From NCBI GenBank assembly GCA_020438105.1, contig JAGQVE010000003.1:43123-107122 (forward strand): 64,000 nucleotides of DNA, in the 5' to 3' direction. Shown one piece after another: positions 1-7,613 of this stretch. A model generated the notes under the pieces. The model saw nothing but the letters and a program-made list of their open reading frames with translations, did no database searches and had not been told where the DNA came from. The translations under genes and the position numbers were made by a program. Each line of letters starts with the position of its first letter. The stretch's first letter is position 1. Source of the DNA: Bacteroidales bacterium. GTDB lineage: Bacteria; Bacteroidota; Bacteroidia; Bacteroidales; JAADJA01.

Positions 1-865
1 TCTTTTGAGAGAGTGTTAATTTTGGTAAAGGTTTCTCTTCAATTTCTCTTTGCTCTGAACTTAGATTAAGTTCAACCCCTACTCCGGCTGCTAACATTAT
101 CTTATTGCCTTCTGACTGTATGTTTTGAAAATAAACATTCTTTGGTCTGACATGTAGATAAAATCCTTCAACGGGTATAATTTTATGGCTATCGTGCCAT
201 ACTTTGCTTAACTCTTCTTTGAGTTTAATATCATTAAGTTGTTTAGTGATTTCTTTATCCAATTCCTTTTTAACTGGTTTTAGTTGATTTCTGATTGGCC
301 CAGTAAGATCTTCTATCGGAATACTAACCTTAAATCCAAGCACCCAAATTTCTATATTCTTCCCTGCAATTATTTCACCGTCTACTTTAGTGTTGGCAGC
401 TATTGCGTAATTTTCATTTACCTTTAAATCAACTTCAATTTTTAATGCAACGTCAGAATTGGCATGACCATCAGTTCTTACTCCATGACAGCAACAGCTA
501 CACAGCCAATCATTTTGCCAAGCGCCATCACACCTTGATACATCCGCTTTGACTTTTAGTTTTGTCTCAAAGATTAACTTGCCATTTGACGTACTTATCT
601 TCATAGGATTATCACGAAAAACCTCAACCTCATACTCATCTCGCTCACACCCTTCTTTATCTCTATAAATTCTTCCTTTTGGTACAGCATCATCTACTTT
701 TTTTTCAATTGATTTAAGGTCAAGGGTAAATGGAATATATACCACTGATTCTTTTGTATTAGGAACTTTAGAATCAATCCCAGGAGAAGGTTTTTGGGAC
801 AGTCTGACTGTTGTACATCCGTAGGTTACAAAAAGTAATAGTAACGGAAAAATTAGTTTGTTCAT
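1..865 (-). CDS. Lipoprotein, N-terminal part only (gene runs off the left edge); possibly DUF4403-like
   Basis: My own translation gives an open frame from the ATG at 865 (minus) down to position 2 with no stop. It is absent from the ORF track because it is open-ended. The N-terminus MNKLIFPLLLLFVTYGC is a lipoprotein signal with Cys. There is an unusual CSCCCHG motif. The family name is from memory only. Confidence 0.55.
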   Translation of the reverse strand, partial: MNKLIFPLLLLFVTYGCTTVRLSQKPSPGIDSKVPNTKESVVYIPFTLDLKSIEKKVDDAVPKGRIYRDKEGCERDEYEVEVFRDNPMKISTSNGKLIFETKLKVKADVSRCDGAWQNDWLCSCCCHGVRTDGHANSDVALKIEVDLKVNENYAIAANTKVDGEIIAGKNIEIWVLGFKVSIPIEDLTGPIRNQLKPVKKELDKEITKQLNDIKLKEELSKVWHDSHKIIPVEGFYLHVRPKNVYFQNIQSEGNKIMLAAGVGVELNLSSEQREIEEKPLPKLTLSQK

Positions 866-925
866 TTCGTTTGTTTTTATTGGTTATTCTTATTCTCTTT
901 AATTACTGGCAACGGTAAATTGAAT

Positions 926-1022
926 GAGTAATGGCAGATTGCGTAGCACTTTCCTGTCAAACTGCTACGCAGTTTGAGCGGGTTAACAACCTTGATATTT
1001 AGCACTTTGCCTGCCATTACTT
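926..1022. other. Nested inverted-repeat element in the intergenic region
   Basis: The outer stem pairs 926-937 (gagtaatggcag) with 1011-1022 (ctgccattactt). The inner hairpin pairs 938-948 with 963-973 (core gcgtagca / tgctacgc) around a 14-nt loop. Confidence 0.4.
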
Positions 1023-1042
1023 ATACAAAATGTTGTGCAACT

Positions 1043-1243
1043 TTATTCTTTTTCTCCTGTATATTTAACGACCTCTCTTGATTTAACATTGAGGTTGTCA
1101 ATCCATACTTCCAATATTTCTATCGAATGTGGTCCTGGAACTCTATTTCGATGATTTTTAGCGCTTCTAACTGCATCTATTCTTCTCTTATACAAACTGC
1201 TTTCAAAATTATGAATAGAGCAAACTGCTTGATAATAAGTCAT
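1043..1243 (-). CDS. Hypothetical 66-aa basic protein, no signal peptide
   Basis: ORF track entry. Its ATG lies 5 nt downstream of the stop of the 474-aa gene on the same strand, suggesting an operon. No family recognised. Confidence 0.4.
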   Translation of the reverse strand: MTYYQAVCSIHNFESSLYKRRIDAVRSAKNHRNRVPGPHSIEILEVWIDNLNVKSREVVKYTGEKE

Positions 1244-1248
1244 AATGA

Positions 1249-2673
1249 TTATTTTTTAGGTTCATTAAAGTTAATAGGAAAAGAAGCAAGTAATCCAATT
1301 GTATTCCTATTTAAAAGGCTTTTTTCACTTTCCAAATTATTGAAAATATCATTGAGTTTATAAAAAACTTCGATATTAACAATTGAACTTTGGTCTTTCA
1401 CTTTTTTGAAAGGAACGAGTATTCCAAATAGTAGTGATGATACAGGTTTGGATTCTTCTTGAAATAATATTTTAGGATTAATATGAAGAGCAAAATAACT
1501 TCTTTCTTTATTTCCGTAATATCTATAATAATCAAAATATAAAAGTAGCTGGCTAATATCTTCTTTGTAATCTCCTGTAAAAACATTTTGTGTAGTAAAA
1601 GATTCTCTACTTGGTTCTTCTGAAATTGTTTCGAAATCTTTTACAGTAACACTTGTTAATGAATTTAAATTATCACCTAATGCATAATTCAATCCCAAAG
1701 ACCAATATATATCAGATTTTTTATAATTAGTCCATTTGTAATGAGATATAGATGCACTCAATTTTAAAGTCGTGTAACTATCTTTTTTAATTTGATTCTC
1801 AAAATCTACATCCTTGTTAAAATATTTAAACTCATTATTTTTCACGCCCCCACCAAATGATAACCAGTAGATATTTATACCTGAAATTGATTGGCTATAA
1901 ATTTTCTTACGGTTGGCCTCAATATCTTTTTCCTTCTTTTGTAAAAGTTTTTCTTCTTCCTCCTCAAAATATCCTTCAACATTTATTTTATCTAATTTTT
2001 TATTGAGTTTTTCTATCTCAAATTTATTAATCGCTCTTGCATAATTTAGGCTATCAAGCTTAAGTTTGATTTCCCCCTTTTTATTAACGTCTTTTTCGTT
2101 AATATATTTAACTGAATCCTTTTTTATTGAAGTGTCCAATTGTTTTTTCTTATTTAAGTTCTTCTCTAAGGCATATATTACATCTAAAGAATCTTTTCTG
2201 AATATTATATCCAAGGAGTCCTTCTTGTATTCATTTTCTATCTTAATTAATTCATTTCTAATTTTATCCCTCTCAAATGAATTACGTTTTATTGAATTAT
2301 TTGAAAAAGGATTAATTAATAAATGATAAGTTATTTTACCAGCTACATTCTTGTTTAATTCACCGTCTGTCAGGAAACCTGACACGCCCTCCGTAGCACC
2401 ACCAGATGCTTCAATTGTTAGTATACTACCATTTTTTCTTAAAATACTACCTCCCAACTTTAAGGATTCATCTGTAGTAGAAATTGCAGCAAAATTACCA
2501 ATAGATTGAAACGAATTTCCCGTGATAATTTTTGAAAACTGTAGGTTTAGAATTTTTTTGAATTCACTATGACCAATAGAATCAAGACCAGTTTGGTCAG
2601 CTATCGTTTGTGCTGTAATACCTTGACTGACAGTGAGAATAAGCCAAATTAATAAAATAGATTTTGTTTTCAT
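1249..2673 (-). CDS. Secreted protein with a central Lys/Glu-rich coiled coil and a Tyr/Asn-rich beta-type C-terminal region (hypothetical)
   Basis: 474-aa ORF. The signal peptide is MKTKSILLIWLILTVSQGITAQ. Heptad-like KE-rich region at about aa 130-260. No family recognised. Confidence 0.6.
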   Translation of the reverse strand: MKTKSILLIWLILTVSQGITAQTIADQTGLDSIGHSEFKKILNLQFSKIITGNSFQSIGNFAAISTTDESLKLGGSILRKNGSILTIEASGGATEGVSGFLTDGELNKNVAGKITYHLLINPFSNNSIKRNSFERDKIRNELIKIENEYKKDSLDIIFRKDSLDVIYALEKNLNKKKQLDTSIKKDSVKYINEKDVNKKGEIKLKLDSLNYARAINKFEIEKLNKKLDKINVEGYFEEEEEKLLQKKEKDIEANRKKIYSQSISGINIYWLSFGGGVKNNEFKYFNKDVDFENQIKKDSYTTLKLSASISHYKWTNYKKSDIYWSLGLNYALGDNLNSLTSVTVKDFETISEEPSRESFTTQNVFTGDYKEDISQLLLYFDYYRYYGNKERSYFALHINPKILFQEESKPVSSLLFGILVPFKKVKDQSSIVNIEVFYKLNDIFNNLESEKSLLNRNTIGLLASFPINFNEPKK

Positions 2674-2973
2674 GGATTTAGTGTTTTTCAGTTATAGCTA
2701 TCGTATTATTCGTTTATGTTTTATTTAACTTTTCAATTGAAATTCTCATTCTCGTATCCAAATGTTGCCCAACTACCTGCTAACGCCCACCCTTATGGTT
2801 ATTATTTCCACTTTATCCACCACAGTTCTACCTGATTTTGATTTGTTTATAGCGGAATATATTCTCGCAAGTGTCATGATTAGTCATGTGGTATCCATTT
2901 GAAGGCATGATTAAAAACGGGTTGTGTAATTCGGGATCGTAGTATGGTTGCATCGGTTTGTTCGAATAAATAT

Positions 2974-3315
2974 TTAATTTAAAATATTTTTGATTGTTTT
3001 CACCATTGTGAACTTGTATTTTTTATTATCAACAGTAAATTTATTCTTTGCAGGTATCCCTAATTTCCATTGAATTTCTGTTTCGGAAATTTTATATTTT
3101 GTATGCTTTACGTTTTCTCCATCTATTAGAAGATCCAGAGTAGTTTTTAATAATTTAGATGCCTCTTCAGCAGAATGTATGGATACGATAGTTATTTTAT
3201 CCGGAATAAGAAATTTACGATCTGTTGGTTCTTTCAGTGAGATATCCTGAGAATATATAAAGGTGCAAAGGAGAACAAATAAACTAGTAAAAAGGATAGC
3301 AATTTGAATTTTCAT
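2974..3315 (-). CDS. Small secreted hypothetical protein
   Basis: 113-aa ORF with N-terminal signal MKIQIAILFTSLFVLLCTFIYSQ. Confidence 0.5.
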   Translation of the reverse strand: MKIQIAILFTSLFVLLCTFIYSQDISLKEPTDRKFLIPDKITIVSIHSAEEASKLLKTTLDLLIDGENVKHTKYKISETEIQWKLGIPAKNKFTVDNKKYKFTMVKTIKNILN

Positions 3316-3526
3316 AATATTAAATTATTGTATTCCGTGAATGTAGAATTAAAGGTATTAATAGCTTTCAATTAGCGATTTAAAAGAAAATTATTCTTCT
3401 TAATACTAGTCCATTACAAACTGAAATGTTAGAAATGATCATTGGTAATAATCGTTTGCAAGTATAAAAAAACCTGTAGCAATAAACCGTGACATTTTAT
3501 GGTTTTAACAACTCTTTAACAAGTTA

Positions 3527-3952
3527 TTAGATTTCGGGGCCTTTTCTGTTCTCCTTCTTCTCCGCCTGTTTTCGTTTGTTTTCCAGTCGTTTGGCCTTGG
3601 CGGCAGGAGAGGGTTTGGTGGGTTTGCGTTTTTTAGGTGGTGTGAGGGCTTTTTGGATGATGGCGAGGAGTTTTTCGGTGGCTTTTTCTTTGTTGTCGGA
3701 TTGGGAGCGGCTGTCCTGGGAAGTAACTATCAGTTCGCTTTCGTTGGTGAGTTTGGAGGCTAGTTTCGTTACTAACAATTGTTTTTGCTCGTCGGTGAGG
3801 AATGAGGATTGTAAGATATGAAAGCGTACTTCCACTTTGGTGCTCACCTTGTTGGCATGCTGGCCGCCGGGGCCACCGCTGCGGGTGGCGGCAAAGCTGA
3901 GTTCGTAATCCTTGATATTTTCGAGCAGCTTATCTGTTTCTGCGGTGTCCAT
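3527..3952 (-). CDS. arfB: Alternative ribosome-rescue factor ArfB (peptidyl-tRNA hydrolase, class I RF-like GGQ domain)
   Basis: Carries the GGQ motif SGGPGGQHANKVSTKVE and a Lys/Arg-rich C-terminal tail typical of ArfB/YaeJ. I chose the internal ATG (MDTAETDK...) at 3952. The track ORF extends to 4018, inside the helicase gene. Confidence 0.8.
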   Translation of the reverse strand: MDTAETDKLLENIKDYELSFAATRSGGPGGQHANKVSTKVEVRFHILQSSFLTDEQKQLLVTKLASKLTNESELIVTSQDSRSQSDNKEKATEKLLAIIQKALTPPKKRKPTKPSPAAKAKRLENKRKQAEKKENRKGPEI

Positions 3953-5162
3953 GGCTTCCGGGCCTTTTCTTTTTGTGGTGAAACGGTTTTTTACCGTGGT
4001 GATGATGCGCCCGCACATTCCATTCGGGGCCGGCTCCCAACTCTGTTGGCACCTTCAGTTTGTGGATCTCCATTTCGATGAGTTCCTCAATCCGTTTAAA
4101 ACGGGCCATGTCCTTTTCGTTGACGAGTGTGAGTGCTATTCCGGTGGTGTTGGCCCTGGCGGTACGACCAACACGGTGCACATAATCTTCGGCATCGCCA
4201 GGTACGTCGTAATTGATCACGAGGTTGATATCTTTGATGTCGATGCCGCGACTGAGCACGTCGGTGGCTACCAGCACCCGTGTTTTTTTAGCCTTAAAGC
4301 GACTGAGCACCTCGTTGCGTTCGCGCTGGTCGAGGTCGGAGGAGATGCCCTCCACCGGGTAGCCTTTGCCCCGCATCATTTTCACAATCTCGTTCACCTT
4401 GCTTTTGGTGGAGGTGAAAACGAGGATGCTGTTATAATCGGGTTTATTGGCGATGAGGCTGTTGATAAGCGGCGTTTTCTGGATGTCGTAAGTAAGATAA
4501 GCCGCCTGCAAAACGCCTTCGGCAGGTTTCGACATGGCGATGTTGATCTCGAAAGGATCGATGAGGATGTTTTTGGCCAGGCTGCGGATCTTGGGGGGCA
4601 TGGTTGCGCTGAACATGAGGGTTTGCCTTTTCACCGGAAGGGTTTTAACGATCTTTTCGATGTCGGGCATAAAACCCATGTCGAGCATTTTATCGGCCTC
4701 GTCGAGGATGAGATGCTCCACCGAGTCGAGGTTTACATAACCCATGTTGAGGTGGGCGATCATTTTGCCAGGTGTGGCTACGATGATGCCGGTATCGCTG
4801 GTGAGGGCTTTGCGTTCGGCATCCCAGTCGGAGCCGTCGCCACCACCATAAACGGCTTTGGAGGTGATGGGTACAAAATAAGCCAGTCCCTGAATCTGCT
4901 GATCCAATTGAATAGCCAGCTCCCGCGTTGGGACGATAATGAGCGCTTTCACACCTTTAAAATCGAATCCTGCCAGTTTATTGAGGATGGGAAGAACAAA
5001 GGCGGCAGTTTTGCCGGTCCCGGTTTGCGCGCAAGCGATCAGATCACGGTTTTGCATGATCTGAGGGATGGCCTGGGTTTGAATTGGGGTGGCCTCTTCG
5101 AAGCCCATCCAGCCGATGGCCTCCAGTATTTCGGGGCGTATGTTGAATTCGGAGAATTTCAT
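3930..5162 (-). CDS. DEAD-box ATP-dependent RNA helicase (RhlE-like) with a His/Lys/Arg-rich C-terminal tail
   Basis: Helicase motifs are present: AQTGTGKT (I), DEAD (II), SAT (III) and HRVGRTAR (VI). The tail reads AHHHHGKKPFHHKKKRPGSHGHRRNR. Confidence 0.92.
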   Translation of the reverse strand: MKFSEFNIRPEILEAIGWMGFEEATPIQTQAIPQIMQNRDLIACAQTGTGKTAAFVLPILNKLAGFDFKGVKALIIVPTRELAIQLDQQIQGLAYFVPITSKAVYGGGDGSDWDAERKALTSDTGIIVATPGKMIAHLNMGYVNLDSVEHLILDEADKMLDMGFMPDIEKIVKTLPVKRQTLMFSATMPPKIRSLAKNILIDPFEINIAMSKPAEGVLQAAYLTYDIQKTPLINSLIANKPDYNSILVFTSTKSKVNEIVKMMRGKGYPVEGISSDLDQRERNEVLSRFKAKKTRVLVATDVLSRGIDIKDINLVINYDVPGDAEDYVHRVGRTARANTTGIALTLVNEKDMARFKRIEELIEMEIHKLKVPTELGAGPEWNVRAHHHHGKKPFHHKKKRPGSHGHRRNR

Positions 5163-5213
5163 TAACCAAAGTTAGTTTTAGAGATGAATTTGCAAAGGTA
5201 GGGAAAGTTGGTT

Positions 5214-5297
5214 AGTTCTGGGTTCTGAGTTCTGAGTTCAGAGTTTAGTGTTCTGAGTTCAGAGTTTAGTGTTCTGAGTTCTGAGTTCGGAGTTCAG
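5214..5297. repeat. Tandem heptanucleotide repeat, 12 units (GTTCTGA / GTTCAGA / GTTTAGT) with a 21-nt higher-order unit
   Basis: Read directly: gttctgg gttctga gttctga gttcaga gtttagt gttctga gttcaga gtttagt gttctga gttctga gttcgga gttcaga. TCTGA and TCAGA are reverse complements of each other. Confidence 0.9.
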
Positions 5298-5357
5298 AGT
5301 GTTGCGGGTTGCATGCTACGAGTTGTGAGTTGAATTGAAAATTGATAATGAAAATAA

Positions 5358-5425
5358 TTAGAATGCTGTTACCTCATCCACAAAAAACCAGGAGGGTTCG
5401 CCTTCGCGCTTATTGCTGGTAGGTA
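5358..5425 (-). pseudogene. Relic 3'-terminal fragment homologous to the end of the 742-aa gene at 7614-9842
   Basis: The minus-strand reading gives ...PTSNKR EGEPSWFFVDE VTAF*. The intact gene ends ...HWHAS EGEPSWFFVDE IVVF*. There is no start codon or upstream body. Confidence 0.7.
5373..5407. repeat. 35-bp perfect direct repeat, copy 1 (ctcatccacaaaaaaccaggagggttcgccttcgc)
   Basis: Identical to 7629-7663 by direct comparison. Confidence 0.9.
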
Positions 5426-5438
5426 AATATATAATTAA

Positions 5439-7499
5439 CTAAAGTTTTAATACTTTTCGGATTATTGTATTATTTGATGTTTGGATTTTGATGAAATAGA
5501 TTCCTGCATTAAAATCACTTATATCAAATTGAATGGAATTGAGTCTTTGGCCATTAAATTCTCTAATTTTTTGTCCATTTGAATTGTACAAAAAAACTAT
5601 TTGATTTTTATTTTGCTGATCGTGGTGTTTGATTGTTATGTTTCCCGAAGTTGGATTTGGAAATATATCAACAACATTTTCATCAGAATTATAGCTTTGA
5701 GTAAAAGTTAGCCCTCCATTTGTTGTTTTAAGAATTACTCCGTGACCACCAGCAACATATCCAGTAGACTCGTCAGTGAAAAAGACCGAATACAACCAAT
5801 GATCAGGAATCGTTTTTATTATTGACCAGGTATTACCTCCATTATTTGTTTTCAATACAAAACCCTCAAGATAACTATATCCAGCGCAATAGCCAATGTT
5901 TTCATCAGGGAAAAAAATTGATGTGATCCTTTCGGAAGTGCCACTTGACTGGAATTCCCAGTTGAATCCACCATCAATGGTTTTAATTAAAATGCCATAT
6001 TCACCTGCTGCATATCCTATATTCTCATCAGTGAAAAAAATTGATTCGAGCCAAACTACAGTTCCACTAATTAATATCTGCCATGAAACTCCTGCATCCT
6101 GGGTTTTTAAAATTAAACCATCCTGACCTGCAATGAAACCTGTATTTTCGGTAGTAAAAAAGACCGAATTTAAATAATTTGAGGTTCCGGAATTGAGTTG
6201 TGTCCATGTAACTCCTGCATCTGAAGTTTTTAAAATGACTCCATTCTGACCGACAACATAACCTTCATTTGAATTAATAAAATATATAGCGGTTAGTTTT
6301 TCGGTAGTTCCGCTTTGTAATGGGAACCAGCTTAATCCACCATCAACAGTTTTATAAATATCACCTCCACCCGTTGAGAAATATCCTATCAAGTTACTTG
6401 TAAAAAAAATTGATGTTTGAGAAACTGCCATACCTCCACTGAATAGCTCCCATTTATCGCCACCATTTGTGGTTTTTAGTGGTTTGAAATCCTGTCCAGC
6501 AGCATAACCATTATACTCATCAATAAAAAAAATAGATCGTAAAGTTTCCGTTGTTCCACTGGAAATTACAGACCAATTAGCACCATTATCAATAGTTTTT
6601 AAAATGATACCGTTAAATCCACAAGCATATCCAATATTATTTCCAGTAAAATATGATGACATCAACGCATTATTAGTAACATCGGGTAATAATGTCCATG
6701 ATTCACCACCATCGGAAGATTTGATGGTGGTTCCGAAATAGCCGACAATACTCCCGCTATTTTCATCTGTAAAATGTATTGAGTTGAGGTAGGTAGAGGA
6801 TCCACTTTCAATTTCTGACCATGATTCACCGCCATTTAAAGTTTTTAATATTAATCCATTCGCACCAGTTACAAAGCCTTTCTGCTCATCAATAAAACAA
6901 ATTGATAGTAATAGATTAGAAGTTCCTGTAGATAGTTGTGTCCAGGTCAAGCCTGAATCATTTGTTTTAAGAATCATACCACCACTGCCAACCACAAATC
7001 CTGTACTGTCGTTCTGGAAATGAACAGCATAAAACCAATTTCCGGCCATGGAATAAATTTCTATCCATGTGTCACCTCCATCAGTTGTTTTTATAATAAT
7101 TCCATTCTCACCAGTGGCGTATACCGTTGAAGTGTTTAAAGCATAAAGGGCACTCAAATTATTTGTAACGCCACTTATTTGTTGCTCCCAGCTTGATCCT
7201 CCATCAATACTTTTTAAAATTAATCCATTTTCACCAGACACATACCCAATTTCTGTGTTTATGAATTGTACAGCATAAAGGTTTAAATTTGTGTTGCTTA
7301 TCGATTGTTTCCAGAAATTACCTCCATCCAAACATCTTAATATTAAACCATTATCTCCTACTGTAAATCCTGTAGTATCATTTATGAAATTTAGTGATCT
7401 AAGTTTTTCTCTTGTAGGTAATGGGCTTTGAAGGGCCCATTGTGCAAAAGATGATAAAGTAAAATTCAATATAAAAATCCCAACAAAAATTGATCTCAT
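5439..7499 (-). CDS. Secreted BNR/Asp-box (Ycf48- or sortilin-like) beta-propeller repeat protein with a T9SS C-terminal sorting domain
   Basis: About 14 repeats of G..G.ILKT.DGG..W (the SxDxGxxW Asp-box). The C-terminus FPNPTSGNITI...GIYFIKIQT...RKVLKL is a Por/T9SS CTD. The start was taken at MRSIFVGIFILNFTLSSFAQ (signal peptide). The track ORF starts 14 codons earlier, at 7541. Confidence 0.8.
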   Translation of the reverse strand: MRSIFVGIFILNFTLSSFAQWALQSPLPTREKLRSLNFINDTTGFTVGDNGLILRCLDGGNFWKQSISNTNLNLYAVQFINTEIGYVSGENGLILKSIDGGSSWEQQISGVTNNLSALYALNTSTVYATGENGIIIKTTDGGDTWIEIYSMAGNWFYAVHFQNDSTGFVVGSGGMILKTNDSGLTWTQLSTGTSNLLLSICFIDEQKGFVTGANGLILKTLNGGESWSEIESGSSTYLNSIHFTDENSGSIVGYFGTTIKSSDGGESWTLLPDVTNNALMSSYFTGNNIGYACGFNGIILKTIDNGANWSVISSGTTETLRSIFFIDEYNGYAAGQDFKPLKTTNGGDKWELFSGGMAVSQTSIFFTSNLIGYFSTGGGDIYKTVDGGLSWFPLQSGTTEKLTAIYFINSNEGYVVGQNGVILKTSDAGVTWTQLNSGTSNYLNSVFFTTENTGFIAGQDGLILKTQDAGVSWQILISGTVVWLESIFFTDENIGYAAGEYGILIKTIDGGFNWEFQSSGTSERITSIFFPDENIGYCAGYSYLEGFVLKTNNGGNTWSIIKTIPDHWLYSVFFTDESTGYVAGGHGVILKTTNGGLTFTQSYNSDENVVDIFPNPTSGNITIKHHDQQNKNQIVFLYNSNGQKIREFNGQRLNSIQFDISDFNAGIYFIKIQTSNNTIIRKVLKL

Positions 7500-7613
7500 A
7501 CTATTTTGACTTAAATCTTTTCTAAGAATCTTAAAAATCAATCAAAAATAGCATTTATCATGATATTTAAAACTTGAATAATTCAAATCAATATTTTATT
7601 GAATACTATTTTC

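Noticed and set aside
2828-2953. 41-codon minus-strand ORF (MQPYYDPELHNPFLIMPSNGYHMTNHDTCENIFRYKQIKIR) in the 300-nt gap upstream of the 474-aa gene
   Set aside because: It is too short, I recognise no family, and I cannot separate a real micro-protein or gene remnant from chance without comparative data.
3912-5165. 417-aa ORF on the plus strand
   Set aside because: It is exactly antisense to the DEAD-box helicase, which carries all the canonical helicase motifs. A long antisense ORF is a by-product of the GC-rich codon usage, and its sequence is low-complexity with no recognisable motifs.
5214-5297. Possibility that the short tandem repeats are a CRISPR array
   Set aside because: The units are 7 nt and contiguous, with no spacers, and no cas genes are nearby. 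This is a microsatellite-type repeat.
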